From a virus (Duplodnaviria; Caudoviricetes): a stretch of 55,701 nucleotides of DNA. The stretch is from positions 1 through 55,701 of IMG/VR virus record IMGVR_UViG_3300023269_000002; one strand, 5' to 3'. The translations under genes and the position numbers were made by a program. Numbering within the stretch: the first letter of the stretch is position 1; each line of letters begins with the position of its first letter. Below are positions 8,946-18,054 of this stretch, in pieces. Below the pieces are notes generated by a model that made no database searches, was not told the origin of the DNA, and saw only the letters and a list, made by a program, of their open reading frames with translations.

Positions 8946-8957
8946 TCGCCGCCCTAC

Positions 8958-8993
8958 CCCATCGCCCCCGGCACGCACGCCGGGGGCGATGGG
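8958..8993 (+). terminator. Hairpin after ssb
   Basis: CCCATCGCCCCCGGC...GCCGGGGGCGATGGG. Confidence 0.65.
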
Positions 8994-9090
8994 GGGTACG
9001 GGTGCGCGCGTCAGCACCAGCTCGCCACCGTGCGGTTAGGCCGTCTGCGCTGGTGGAACTCTGGGATTGGGCGTTCGGTCTCCGGATCGT

Positions 9091-9119
9091 TTGACACCCC
9101 CCACCATGGGGGGTAGTGT
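9091..9119 (+). promoter_or_regulatory. Operator-spacer promoter, leaderless
   Basis: TTGACA-CCCCCCACCATGGGGGG(17)-TAGTGT-7 nt-ATGACGAAC. Confidence 0.88.
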
Positions 9120-9126
9120 CACTCCC

Positions 9127-9633
9127 ATGACGAACCGCAAGCTCCTCCGGCCGTGGGACCGCACCGAGTGGACCATGCTCGGCCCGTGTGCCACCCCGCC
9201 AGGCATGAAGCCGGGCGACTGGTACGAGATCACCGACGGGAACATCACCGTCAAGGTGCAGCGCTCCGAACTCGAGCGCTCCTACGTCGCCCGCCGGAAC
9301 CTGATCGTCGGCGGCTACGCGGTCGGCGACGCGCTCCGGACCTACGCGGTCGAGTACCGCATCGTCGAGCGCGCCACCCCGATGGACCCGTGGGACCAGG
9401 ACAACTGGTGCACGATGCCCGATTGCCCCGGTCGCGTAGTCCACCACGCAGGCTTCGGCGGCAGCGACGAGCACCTCGCCGCCATCACCGACTGCACGGT
9501 GTACGCATACGACATGGACGGTCGCCCCCTGGAGACCGACTGCTGCAGCGCCTGCGTCCTGCAGGTGATCGACGGGGAGCACGACACCGACCCGTCGAGG
9601 AAGGTCATTGTCGAAAGGAGCGTGACCCCGTGA
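9127..9633 (+). CDS. Hypothetical protein (leaderless, MTNRK...; Cys-rich C-terminus)
   Basis: ATG at the predicted TSS; first of a chain of GTGA/ATGA-coupled genes. Confidence 0.7.
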   Translation: MTNRKLLRPWDRTEWTMLGPCATPPGMKPGDWYEITDGNITVKVQRSELERSYVARRNLIVGGYAVGDALRTYAVEYRIVERATPMDPWDQDNWCTMPDCPGRVVHHAGFGGSDEHLAAITDCTVYAYDMDGRPLETDCCSACVLQVIDGEHDTDPSRKVIVERSVTP

Positions 9634-10136
9634 CCGGCGACCACCACTACGAGCCCGACCTCGTCGACCGCCTGCGCAAGGCGGACGAGGACACCGAGCG
9701 GACCGAGATGCTCGAGCTGCTGAACGGTGGCTGCGTGGCCAGCGTGCAGGCCAGCTCGGACCCGGAGGACGGCGAGAACTGCGACGTCGACACCGTGCCA
9801 GGCACCGAGTACTGCGTCGACCACCAGCGTTACTGCGAGCCGCCCGCCGAGGTCGTCACCGACCCGACAGCGGAGTACCCCGCGCCCCTGCCGCCGGAGC
9901 CGCTCGACCAGCTCTCGACGCGCGCCCTCGAGCCGCTCATCCTGCCGCCTCCGCTGCGCTGGCCGAAGGGCGACTTCGGCGTCCTCGTGCTCACCATGCC
10001 GCAGATGCAGAGCACGCTCGCGTGGCTGACCGGCACCATCGGCGCAGCGGGCCCGCTCGACTCGGCCGCGTGGACCGAGCACCCCGCGGCCGCCCTGTGG
10101 GCCGAGCTGAACCAGCGCGTCGGGCGTGCGTCGTGA
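9630..10136 (+). CDS. Hypothetical protein (C..C..YC.DH motif)
   Basis: AAGGAG RBS, GTGA overlap. Confidence 0.7.
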   Translation: MTGDHHYEPDLVDRLRKADEDTERTEMLELLNGGCVASVQASSDPEDGENCDVDTVPGTEYCVDHQRYCEPPAEVVTDPTAEYPAPLPPEPLDQLSTRALEPLILPPPLRWPKGDFGVLVLTMPQMQSTLAWLTGTIGAAGPLDSAAWTEHPAAALWAELNQRVGRAS

Positions 10137-10597
10137 ACTGGATTCACGCGCTGATCAAGCGCGCACGCCAGCGTCCGCGCACCGCGACCACCCCGTCCGG
10201 CCTGATCGCGAGCGTCGACTCGGAGCTGAACGCCGAAGCTCGCGCCTACCTGCTGGCCAGCATCATCGGTCGCCAGCCGCACGAGGTGCTGGTCGGCTTG
10301 CACGGGCCCGCCGTCGCACCGCCGTCGCCCGTGAACCGGTTCCTCGAGCTGGGCGAGCACTGCACCTGCTGGCAGTACGGCGGCACGTGCTGCTCCTGCA
10401 GGCAGGGTGACTGCCCGGCGAACCTCGGCTACCAGACGCGCCAGTTTCGGCGAAGCGAGTACGAGGGGCGCTGGACTGCGCCGGACGGGCCGAGCGAGCG
10501 CCGCGCCGAAGAGTTGGGGCACCGCGCCCGCGAACGCCGGCGGTTCTCCGAGCGGCCGCGCATCGACCCGTTCCCCAGTCGACGGGGGACCTGGTGA
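10133..10597 (+). CDS. Hypothetical protein with Cys cluster
   Basis: GTGA overlaps at both ends; HCTC...TCCSC...C. Confidence 0.6.
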   Translation: MNWIHALIKRARQRPRTATTPSGLIASVDSELNAEARAYLLASIIGRQPHEVLVGLHGPAVAPPSPVNRFLELGEHCTCWQYGGTCCSCRQGDCPANLGYQTRQFRRSEYEGRWTAPDGPSERRAEELGHRARERRRFSERPRIDPFPSRRGTW

Positions 10598-10890
10598 GGC
10601 AGGTCGTCCTCGCGCACATTCCCGGCGCGCTGCCCGCCCTCGATGCGGTGCAGTACGTCGGGGGTGTGCTGCTCTCCCCCGACGCTGCCGAGCAGCTCGC
10701 GTTCGCTGCCCTGCACGCCGCCGACCCGCACATCCGGGCCGACCTGCTCGCCGACATCTCCGACGACGCCTACGAACAGGCGCTCGACCTCCTCGCGCTT
10801 GGCCACGTCGAGCGCGCCCTCACGCTGAACGAGTTCGGCTCGAGCCTCGACGAGGCCAGCCACGCAATCCGAGAGGCACTCGCACGATGA
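10594..10890 (+). CDS. Hypothetical protein
   Basis: Coupled overlaps. Confidence 0.65.
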   Translation: MRQVVLAHIPGALPALDAVQYVGGVLLSPDAAEQLAFAALHAADPHIRADLLADISDDAYEQALDLLALGHVERALTLNEFGSSLDEASHAIREALAR

Positions 10891-11624
10891 GCACCCCCCC
10901 CGAAGACGCCCCCGACGAGCCGGGTTTCCAGCTCGAGCCGGTCCCGACCGTGCTGTCCGGGATGCCGGAGCCAGCGCAGTTCAAAGACACCCTGCTCCGC
11001 GCGATCAACGAGGGCTACGCCGAGCTGACCACGGCGCGCGGCGAGGTCGTGTCGCGCGAGGACACCTACGACGTGCAGCGCAGGCTCGCCAACTCCCTCG
11101 AGAAGTGCACCGCGTTCGGCGCGGCCTTCACCGCGGCGAGCAAGCTGCTCAAGCAGTACGTCGAGGAGGAACTCATCCTCGCCGTCGGCGAACAGGACGG
11201 CTTGCCGGTCGGGCCGCTCAAGGTGCCCGACGCCCAGGGCGACGTGTCCATCACCCTGGACCAGACGCACACCTACGACATCGACACCGAGACGCTGTTC
11301 TCCGCCGTCGCCGCGACCGTGTCCACGCCGAGCGTCGACAACGCCGGCCACGACCTCGCCGCAGAGGTGACCGCGATCGTCGAGGGCGACCACGCCCGCG
11401 GGCCCGCCGACCTCCCGGACGTCCTCGCGCAAGCGATGATCGACGCGCAGCGCAAGCTCACCACGTGCGGCAAGTTCACGCCGCAGGTCAGCAAAGTCAG
11501 GGCCTACGCTGCGGAGATCGCGCGGCAGGGCTCCGACCCGCTGGCGGCAGTCGTCTCCGCGGCCATCACGAAGACCACGGAGCACAAGGGCGTGAAGATC
11601 ACGCGGAAGGGAACAAAGCCGTGA
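10887..11624 (+). CDS. Hypothetical protein
   Basis: GAGG RBS, ATGA overlap. Confidence 0.75.
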   Translation: MSTPPEDAPDEPGFQLEPVPTVLSGMPEPAQFKDTLLRAINEGYAELTTARGEVVSREDTYDVQRRLANSLEKCTAFGAAFTAASKLLKQYVEEELILAVGEQDGLPVGPLKVPDAQGDVSITLDQTHTYDIDTETLFSAVAATVSTPSVDNAGHDLAAEVTAIVEGDHARGPADLPDVLAQAMIDAQRKLTTCGKFTPQVSKVRAYAAEIARQGSDPLAAVVSAAITKTTEHKGVKITRKGTKP

Positions 11625-12247
11625 CGGCACCCGAAGAGACCAGCGCCGAGGTCGCCGAGAGCCTCGACCCGCGCGCCAGCTACACCCTGAACACGCCCGC
11701 CTGGCGCGACCAGGCGGGGCGCTGGATCGACCCGGACAGCCTCGAGCCCGTCGACTACGAGGTGCCCGACGGCGCGCCGGAAGGCATGGACGGCTGGCGC
11801 GTCACCGACCTGCGCCGGTTCCGCGACGAGGGCCCGACCGGGCCGACCGCGCCCTACGAGGACCCGGTCCGCAAGATGTCCCGCGAGGTCAAGGCCGCCG
11901 AGTTCGCCGCCTACATCGAGGCCGCCGAGCGCGAGCGGCAGGCCTGGTTCGACCAGGAGATGAGCCGCCCCCCGTCGAACGTCGACTACTCCAACCGCCC
12001 CCACTTCATCCTCAACGTCGAGGGCCGCGAGGTGTGCGGGCAGGACGGGATGCCGTGGCCGTGCGAGTGGTGGACCGGCGAGGTCAACCCGACCGCCGAG
12101 GAGCACTCGAGCGGAGTCGTCGCCGAGGAGCAGTCGCCCGCGCCGACGGATGAACAGATCCAGGGCGTCGCGAACGCACTCGGCATCAGCGTTGGCGACG
12201 CGGCCGCCCTGGTCGCGCGCACTCCGGCGGCAGGCCGGTCGTCGTGA
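11621..12247 (+). CDS. Hypothetical protein
   Basis: GTGA overlap, AAGGGA RBS; C..DG.PWPC motif. Confidence 0.7.
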   Translation: MTAPEETSAEVAESLDPRASYTLNTPAWRDQAGRWIDPDSLEPVDYEVPDGAPEGMDGWRVTDLRRFRDEGPTGPTAPYEDPVRKMSREVKAAEFAAYIEAAERERQAWFDQEMSRPPSNVDYSNRPHFILNVEGREVCGQDGMPWPCEWWTGEVNPTAEEHSSGVVAEEQSPAPTDEQIQGVANALGISVGDAAALVARTPAAGRSS

Positions 12248-12741
12248 GCGCCTCCGGTCCCGGCATAAGCCTGCAGGCCGTGCTTCGAGCCCGCGCCCTG
12301 CTCGTCGACCTCGACCGGTCGCGCCGTCCCGCCGACGTCGCCCAGGTGGTGCACGCCCTGTCGCACGAGCTGCAGCTCGCCGCGGCTGGCCTCGTCGAGT
12401 ACCTGACCGTCGAGGAGCCGGAGACGATGCCGGGCGCGCCGCGTCCGGTCGTGCTGGCCACCGGGACGCAGCGGTCCCGCGTGCTCGAGCAGCTCGCCCA
12501 CATGGCCGATTACGGGGCGACCGACTTCGAGCTGCAGGCCGACCTGTCCATCGGCATCAGCTCGGAGCGCCGTCGCCGCGGCGAGCTGGTCGACGCGGGC
12601 TACGTGCAGGCCGCCATGGACGGCGTGGGCCCCATGGTCCGGGTACACAACTCGTCGCCCTGGACGGTCTGGCAGGTCACCCACGAAGGGCGCGACGCGC
12701 TGAAGCGGATCGGCGCGGGCGAGCAGATCACCCTGTTGTAG
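12244..12741 (+). CDS. Putative winged-helix DNA-binding protein
   Basis: QRSRVLEQL...GATDFEL..L...SERRRRGELVDAGYV...VWQVTHEG. Confidence 0.65.
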   Translation: MSASGPGISLQAVLRARALLVDLDRSRRPADVAQVVHALSHELQLAAAGLVEYLTVEEPETMPGAPRPVVLATGTQRSRVLEQLAHMADYGATDFELQADLSIGISSERRRRGELVDAGYVQAAMDGVGPMVRVHNSSPWTVWQVTHEGRDALKRIGAGEQITLL

Positions 12742-12765
12742 GTTCGACCTGGCCGAGAAGTGACG

Positions 12766-12809
12766 ACGAAGGGCCCCCCGGTTCGCCTAGGAACCGAGGG
12801 GCCCTTCGT
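12766..12809. terminator. Hairpin at the convergence of transcription
   Basis: ACGAAGGGCCCC-CCGGTTC...GAACCGA-GGGGCCCTTCGT. Confidence 0.7.
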
Positions 12810-12814
12810 GCTCG

Positions 12815-12923
12815 CGTACCCGTCAGGAGTCGAACCTGCGCCTGCGGCTTCACCAGCCGCGCGACGGCTCCCGTTTGCTGTGGCGTTCCAGCTCGCGCCT
12901 ACCGCGCCACCCGAACCGGGCAC
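12815..12923 (-). ncRNA. tRNA-like element with enlarged D-arm region
   Basis: Minus strand: acceptor GTGCCCG/CGGGTAC, anticodon-like arm GCGGC-TGGTGAA-GCCGC, T arm CAGG-TTCGACT-CCTG; no CCA. Confidence 0.45.
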
Positions 12924-12940
12924 CAGGTGACCGTACAGCA

Positions 12941-12980
12941 GCAGACCCCCCGCCCGAACCGACTCGAGTGGGGGGTCTGC
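12941..12980 (-). terminator. Hairpin after the holin-like gene
   Basis: GCAGACCCCCCGC...GTGGGGGGTCTGC. Confidence 0.6.
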
Positions 12981-13011
12981 CAGGGGCCCCGAATGACCGC
13001 CAGGCCAGACA

Positions 13012-13413
13012 CTACCTCGGGTTCGGTCGTTCGCGCACCACGGCGAGAGCCTCGCCTTCCACGTAGACCGGAGCCGCGTTCGCGCCGAGCACGATGCGCG
13101 TCAGCCACGCGGGCAGGCGCGGCTCGACCCAGCGCATCACGGCGTACCAGCCCAGCGCCAGCGCGAACGTGATCGCGTTCGACAGGCCGACGACCTCCGG
13201 ACGCTCGAGCACGGGCTGCAGCGCGGGGATGAGCCCGACTAGCCAGGTCAGCACGTAGCCCCACGCGATTGGAACGCCCGTGCGCAGCAGCGAGACGCCG
13301 TAGTCGCGGGCGCGGTCGACGAGCACCGTGCTCCGAATCGTCGGCGACGGGACCGCCGTCGGGCCGCCGGTCTCGACGGGGCCGAACGGGTCGTCAGCGG
13401 GGAAACCGTTCAT
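13012..13413 (-). CDS. Putative holin
   Basis: Two hydrophobic segments; SLLRT.VP.AWG...WYAVMRWVE...LG.N..P.Y pattern typical of actinophage holin-like proteins. Confidence 0.6.
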   Translation of the reverse strand: MNGFPADDPFGPVETGGPTAVPSPTIRSTVLVDRARDYGVSLLRTGVPIAWGYVLTWLVGLIPALQPVLERPEVVGLSNAITFALALGWYAVMRWVEPRLPAWLTRIVLGANAAPVYVEGEALAVVRERPNPR

Positions 13414-13431
13414 GGGTGGTTGCTCCTGTCG

Positions 13432-14268
13432 TCAGCCGGACGGCGTTGGGACGCACGTCCAGATGTCCTGCGGAATCTGCTCCGCAGGGTTGTCCGGGTT
13501 CGGCCTGGTGAGCACACCGCGCACCAGCGTGAACGAGCCTTTCCCCGCGCACAGCAGAGATGGGTTCTCCTGCGCGGCCTGGCTGAACGCGGCCATGATC
13601 TCCGCGCCCGTGGGTGGCGGTCCGGTGTCGCCCTTGTCGCCCTTCGCGCCGGGGTCGCCGTTCTTTCCGTCCTCGCCGTCCTCGCCGTCCTCGCCGTCGG
13701 TGCCGTCTCGCCCGTCGGTTCCGTCCTCGCCGGGGGGTGGCGGGTTGCTCTGCAGGTAGTCGGCGACCCGCGCGGACACCAGCTCCGGCGGCACGGTAAC
13801 GGGGTTGGCCAGGAAGTAGGAGGCGACCGCGCGGCCGAGCGCCTGCGCGTCGCGGGTCGAGTCCTCCGACAGCGAGGCCAGCACGCGAGCCGTCGCCGCG
13901 GCGACGAGCGTCTCCGGCGCGTTGTCCTCCGACGGCGCGGGCAGCGCGACCGGCTCCTGCCCACGCCGCTTGAGTTCCTCGTTCGCGAGCTGAGCGGCCG
14001 CGTACGCCTGCTCGGCGCGCTGGCGCGACTCGTTACCCGCCTGCTGGGCAGCAGAGGCCACAGCGCGCGTGTTGGCCGCCGAGATGGCGGCAGGCACGGA
14101 GACCGCGATAGCCACGGCGGCAGCGAACAAGCCGCCGACCGTGACCATCTTCCACACGTCGGTGCGGTCGGCCTTCCGACTGAGCGCACCCCCAACGGTT
14201 CGGGATGCCGCAAGTCCGACACTGAGCGTGTCGCGTACCTCGTTCGGCTGGCGCTCGGTGTCCGTCAT
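13432..14268 (-). CDS. Membrane protein with collagen-like Gly-X-Y repeats
   Basis: N-terminal TM, coiled coil, GEDGTDGRDGTDGEDGEDG... repeats and C-terminal Cys pair. Confidence 0.75.
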   Translation of the reverse strand: MTDTERQPNEVRDTLSVGLAASRTVGGALSRKADRTDVWKMVTVGGLFAAAVAIAVSVPAAISAANTRAVASAAQQAGNESRQRAEQAYAAAQLANEELKRRGQEPVALPAPSEDNAPETLVAAATARVLASLSEDSTRDAQALGRAVASYFLANPVTVPPELVSARVADYLQSNPPPPGEDGTDGRDGTDGEDGEDGEDGKNGDPGAKGDKGDTGPPPTGAEIMAAFSQAAQENPSLLCAGKGSFTLVRGVLTRPNPDNPAEQIPQDIWTCVPTPSG

Positions 14269-14690
14269 GCTCGTCCCTCGGTGTGCCGTTGGCAGGACTC
14301 CAGTTGCCACGTGAGCCGCTGGCGTTCCCGCTCGTTGGCCTCGAGCAGGTGCGCCAGGCGCTGACGCTCCTCGCTGCAGGCCTCGAGCCGCTCGCGCAGC
14401 CGGTCGGCCTCGATGCGGGCGGCCGCGGACTCTGCCGCTTCCCGTTCCGCTACTGCGGCCAGGTGCATCAGCGCCGTCTGCGCGACGGTGTTGGCACTGT
14501 TGTCGGTGCTGGTCAGGGCTGACGGTACCGCGCCGGGCTCGAGCTGGCTCGCGCTCTGCGCCTCTTCGCCGTCCGCGACCTCTGGGCGGCCGCGGCGAAT
14601 CCACGTCACGCCGAGGGTTCCCGCGACGAACAGGAAGAACACCACCACCACCACCCAGGGCGGCTGACCAGCGAGGTCCGGCAAGTTCAC
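14265..14690 (-). CDS. Membrane protein with coiled coil (lysis cassette)
   Basis: WVVVVVFFLFVAGTLGVTW TM followed by heptads. Confidence 0.7.
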   Translation of the reverse strand: MNLPDLAGQPPWVVVVVFFLFVAGTLGVTWIRRGRPEVADGEEAQSASQLEPGAVPSALTSTDNSANTVAQTALMHLAAVAEREAAESAAARIEADRLRERLEACSEERQRLAHLLEANERERQRLTWQLESCQRHTEGRA

Positions 14691-14778
14691 GGGCGCTCCC
14701 TGGGATGGTCGGACGTATCTCCCCCGGAGTCTCGCACGCGGGACGTGGCACCGTAGTCGGCTGTTGCGCTACCCCCCA

Positions 14779-15555
14779 TCAAGGGGTGTAGCAGGTGAAC
14801 GCAATCGGAGTGCCCCGCACGTTGCCGACGGCGTTCGAGCGCTTCGCCTCGAGGAAGACCTGACAGGTCTGCCCGCGGGCGCTGGTCACGTTCACGAACC
14901 CGTCGAACACGTTGTTCGTGTTGGCCAGCAGCGAGTGCGTCGCGCTCACCAGGTCGCCGCCAGAGGTCACCACGCGGACCTGAAAGTCGCCGGTTGCGCC
15001 CGTGTCGGTCGCCGCCCAGAACCGGTAGTGCAGTTGGTTGCCGAGGATGTTCGCCTTGCCCTCGGCAAGAGTCCCGTACGTCCCGACCGTGGTGGTCGGC
15101 CAGAGCGCCGTGTTCCCGCCGGTCGGATTGATCGTGACCGGGAACTGTGGCCACTGCTGACCGCCGTCGCGGTGCTCGGAGAAGATCCGCTTATTGTCCC
15201 CGGAGGTGATGAACAGGATCTGCTTCAGCCCTGGGGACGCGGTCGGGTCCGGGTCGAACATGGCGATTGCGGACACGCCTCCGCGCGAGTCGTCGCGCAC
15301 GAGCGAGAAGCCACGCTGCGCCACCCCGCCGAGGTTCGGGTCTGCGGGGAAGAATTCGCCGATCCACAGGTAATTAATCTTGTCCGGTCCGGGGCCGGAG
15401 ATGTAGTTGCCAATCCAGCGAATCAATCCGCGCGATACCGTGGCGTCGGTCAGTGGGTTGTTTCGCAGAATCGACTCCGTCACCCGCTGGGTGTAGCCGA
15501 TGTTGTCGACCAGAGAAGGACTCTTCGGCGCGTAGCTATCCTGCGGTGCCGTCAT
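14779..15555 (-). CDS. Minor tail protein
   Basis: Beta-rich; last gene of the tail module. Confidence 0.7.
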   Translation of the reverse strand: MTAPQDSYAPKSPSLVDNIGYTQRVTESILRNNPLTDATVSRGLIRWIGNYISGPGPDKINYLWIGEFFPADPNLGGVAQRGFSLVRDDSRGGVSAIAMFDPDPTASPGLKQILFITSGDNKRIFSEHRDGGQQWPQFPVTINPTGGNTALWPTTTVGTYGTLAEGKANILGNQLHYRFWAATDTGATGDFQVRVVTSGGDLVSATHSLLANTNNVFDGFVNVTSARGQTCQVFLEAKRSNAVGNVRGTPIAFTCYTP

Positions 15556-16826
15556 CAGACCTGTCCTCCGCTGATCAGCAATTCGACGGTCTCGCTCGTG
15601 TCACCCTGCGGGGGAGTGATCGTCCACCCGAAGATGCGCGTCGACAGCTCGAGCCAGCCTTCCGCGTTGTACCAGCTCGGAGGCCAGGTGCGGTCGTTTG
15701 TCTCGAGGATGAGCGCGTCGCCGATGGTGTAGGTGTCGAAGTAGGGGAGCAGGTCGCCGCGCACCGTGAGGGACGCGAGGAATTGCTCACTGCCCAACCG
15801 GTCCCACATAAACCGGTAGCAGTAGTCGATCAACGTCGATTCAACGCTCACGTCCGGGTCGGAAAAACGCTGCTCCGTGATCAGGAAACCGTAGTCCCAT
15901 TCGTCATTTCCGTACGTGTCGACGTTCTGGATCTGCACGCGGGTCTGCAGATCCTCGTAACCCTTGCCCGTTCCCCATACCACGTTAGGGACGTCCGACC
16001 CGTCATAGGCGTAGTCGAACGTGGTCACGTTTCCGGAACCCGAAGTGTCGAAGCGAAATCGTGGCGCGGGGAAAGTCGAGCCCAGCGTCCGGCCGAGCTG
16101 GGGGAAGCCGAGTTCGAACACGGGACGGAACGCGGCAGCGCTCAGCGGGTCAGCGCCGGACAGCACACGGATGTTCGTCGTCCACTCGTAACTGTTGGTG
16201 CTGAGCTGCGAGCGCTTCTGGATGGCCTCGAGGAGGTTCGTCTCCTGGTGGTCTTCATACTCGAAGGTGCGCGGCACTCCGGTGAAGTTGGTCGGCGGGT
16301 CGATGGTCACCCAGCCTGGCCACATCGGGGAGCCCGCGGGCAGTAGCGACCAGATGGCGGGGTTCAGGAGGTCCGCGGCGAGCGTGGTCTGATCGACCCC
16401 TACCCAGCGCTTCCCCTTCGTGATGAGCCGTCGGGCCCAGTGGGACTCGATCGTCATCGCGGTGATCGACATGCGACCGTCGGCAGGGTTGCGAGGCGCT
16501 GCCCACACCGTCCCGTACCAGGGGATTGTGCTGTTCACCGCGCCCGTCTGCGGGTCGGTGACGGTGCGCACCGCGACGATGCCGGTCTTGCGGGCGACCA
16601 CCGTGGACCACGGGTCTTGCGCCCGCACCTCCTCGTCGGAGAGCTGCAGGGTCGCCTTCATCATGCCGACGCCCCGCATCACCTTCGACATCTTCACGCC
16701 CGACAGCGGCAGCGGGGTGTTCGCGATGACGGTCAGGTTCCCGAACGCGAAGTTGACCGGCCAGTACGTCCAGCGCACCTGCTGCTGTGCGCCGGTCGTG
16801 GCGTCGACCAGCAGCGGGTACGACAT
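15555..16826 (-). CDS. Minor tail protein (baseplate hub-like)
   Basis: Position after Dit and tail genes; actinophage minor-tail pattern. Confidence 0.75.
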   Translation of the reverse strand: MSYPLLVDATTGAQQQVRWTYWPVNFAFGNLTVIANTPLPLSGVKMSKVMRGVGMMKATLQLSDEEVRAQDPWSTVVARKTGIVAVRTVTDPQTGAVNSTIPWYGTVWAAPRNPADGRMSITAMTIESHWARRLITKGKRWVGVDQTTLAADLLNPAIWSLLPAGSPMWPGWVTIDPPTNFTGVPRTFEYEDHQETNLLEAIQKRSQLSTNSYEWTTNIRVLSGADPLSAAAFRPVFELGFPQLGRTLGSTFPAPRFRFDTSGSGNVTTFDYAYDGSDVPNVVWGTGKGYEDLQTRVQIQNVDTYGNDEWDYGFLITEQRFSDPDVSVESTLIDYCYRFMWDRLGSEQFLASLTVRGDLLPYFDTYTIGDALILETNDRTWPPSWYNAEGWLELSTRIFGWTITPPQGDTSETVELLISGGQV

Positions 16827-18043
16827 CAGGCGACCTCGAGGGCGAGCGCCGTGTCTCCGCCGCGGGGGGTGATCTCGAACGAGGACAGCCGGTCACCGTT
16901 GATGCCCAGCGTGCCGGTCCCTGCCGCGCGCTGCACGCTGACGTAGAAGTCCGCATCGACGTCGGTCGCCGTCGCGCGCCACGGCAGGTAGAACGTCTTC
17001 GAGTCGTCGAAGGTGTCCGGGGTGGCAGGCCGGATGACGAACATGCCGACCACCGGGCCCGACAGGGCGGTGTCCTTGCGGATGCGCACCGAGTAGGAGT
17101 CGCCCGCGGCCACGGTGACGAAGTTGTAGAACAGGCTGAGCGCGAACGTGTAGAAGAACCCGGACGTCACCCGGTAGTTCTCGATCGCGAGCTTCGGCAG
17201 GTTCAGCTCCGTAGTGCCGGAACTGGTGGCCATGAACCCTGCCGTCGTGGCGACGCGCAGCGCGACGAGGTTGTCCGGCACCCAGACGGCACCGTCCCAC
17301 GCGTAGCGCAGGCCGGTGGACGAGCAGTAGCCCTGCTGGCCGAGCGCCGGGTTCGTCACGGCCCCCGTCAGGTCCGCGAACGTGGTGGCGATGGCGGTCC
17401 CCTGCACGCGCCAGGCGGTGCCGTCGTAAATCTCCGTCCAGTCCCGATCGCGCCGGTAGACAGACAGGCCGTCCCAGGGGGCGACGAACGCGTTCCGCTC
17501 GGTCACGTCGTCGACCGGCAGCAGGCCGCCGTCGTTCGTGGTGCGCTTGACCATCGTGGTCAGCACTGGCGACGTCGCGGCCGCGCTCACCAGGGCGCGG
17601 TACACGGGGATGAACGACGCGGGCAGCGCCGGGTCGACGGGGGTTCCCGCGGAGTTCGCACCCTGGATGATCGCCGGAATGACCGTGTTCAGGCCGGACG
17701 AGTCGTAGAAATTGTCCTTCACCTGGAACCCGGCGATGTCGTGCCGGTTCAGGGTCGGACTGCTCGCCGCGTGGCTGACGAAGATGTTGTTGTCGTTGAC
17801 GAATTTGTAGTCGCCAGCGCCCGTCGCGAACGTGTTCTGGATGATGCCTGCGGTCTGGCTGATGATGCAGTCCATGCCGCTGGACACGATGAACGCCGGA
17901 ACACGTCCCGCGTAGAAGCCCTGCCGCGCGGTCGAGACGGTCGCCATGTTCGCGATCGAGTGCGCCGAGGTGATGTACTGCCGGTCGAGCTTCGCCGAGT
18001 AGGTGCCTGCCTGCACGTAGCCCGGTGGGGTGAGGACGGTCAT
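16826..18043 (-). CDS. Minor tail / receptor-binding protein
   Basis: AGGAG RBS; PTLNRHD...GTPV.PALPASFIPV and R.A..P..G..VY..D...YDGTAW fibre-type repeats. Confidence 0.75.
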   Translation of the reverse strand: MTVLTPPGYVQAGTYSAKLDRQYITSAHSIANMATVSTARQGFYAGRVPAFIVSSGMDCIISQTAGIIQNTFATGAGDYKFVNDNNIFVSHAASSPTLNRHDIAGFQVKDNFYDSSGLNTVIPAIIQGANSAGTPVDPALPASFIPVYRALVSAAATSPVLTTMVKRTTNDGGLLPVDDVTERNAFVAPWDGLSVYRRDRDWTEIYDGTAWRVQGTAIATTFADLTGAVTNPALGQQGYCSSTGLRYAWDGAVWVPDNLVALRVATTAGFMATSSGTTELNLPKLAIENYRVTSGFFYTFALSLFYNFVTVAAGDSYSVRIRKDTALSGPVVGMFVIRPATPDTFDDSKTFYLPWRATATDVDADFYVSVQRAAGTGTLGINGDRLSSFEITPRGGDTALALEVA

Positions 18044-18054
18044 CGGGGCTGCTC

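Noticed and set aside
9091-9119. MerR-type activation through a spacer palindrome
   Set aside because: Spacers are 17-18 bp rather than the 19-20 bp typical of MerR promoters, and no MerR-like gene was seen.
13620-13735. Tandem 9-bp CCGTCCTCG repeats
   Set aside because: Explained by collagen-like Gly-X-Y coding.
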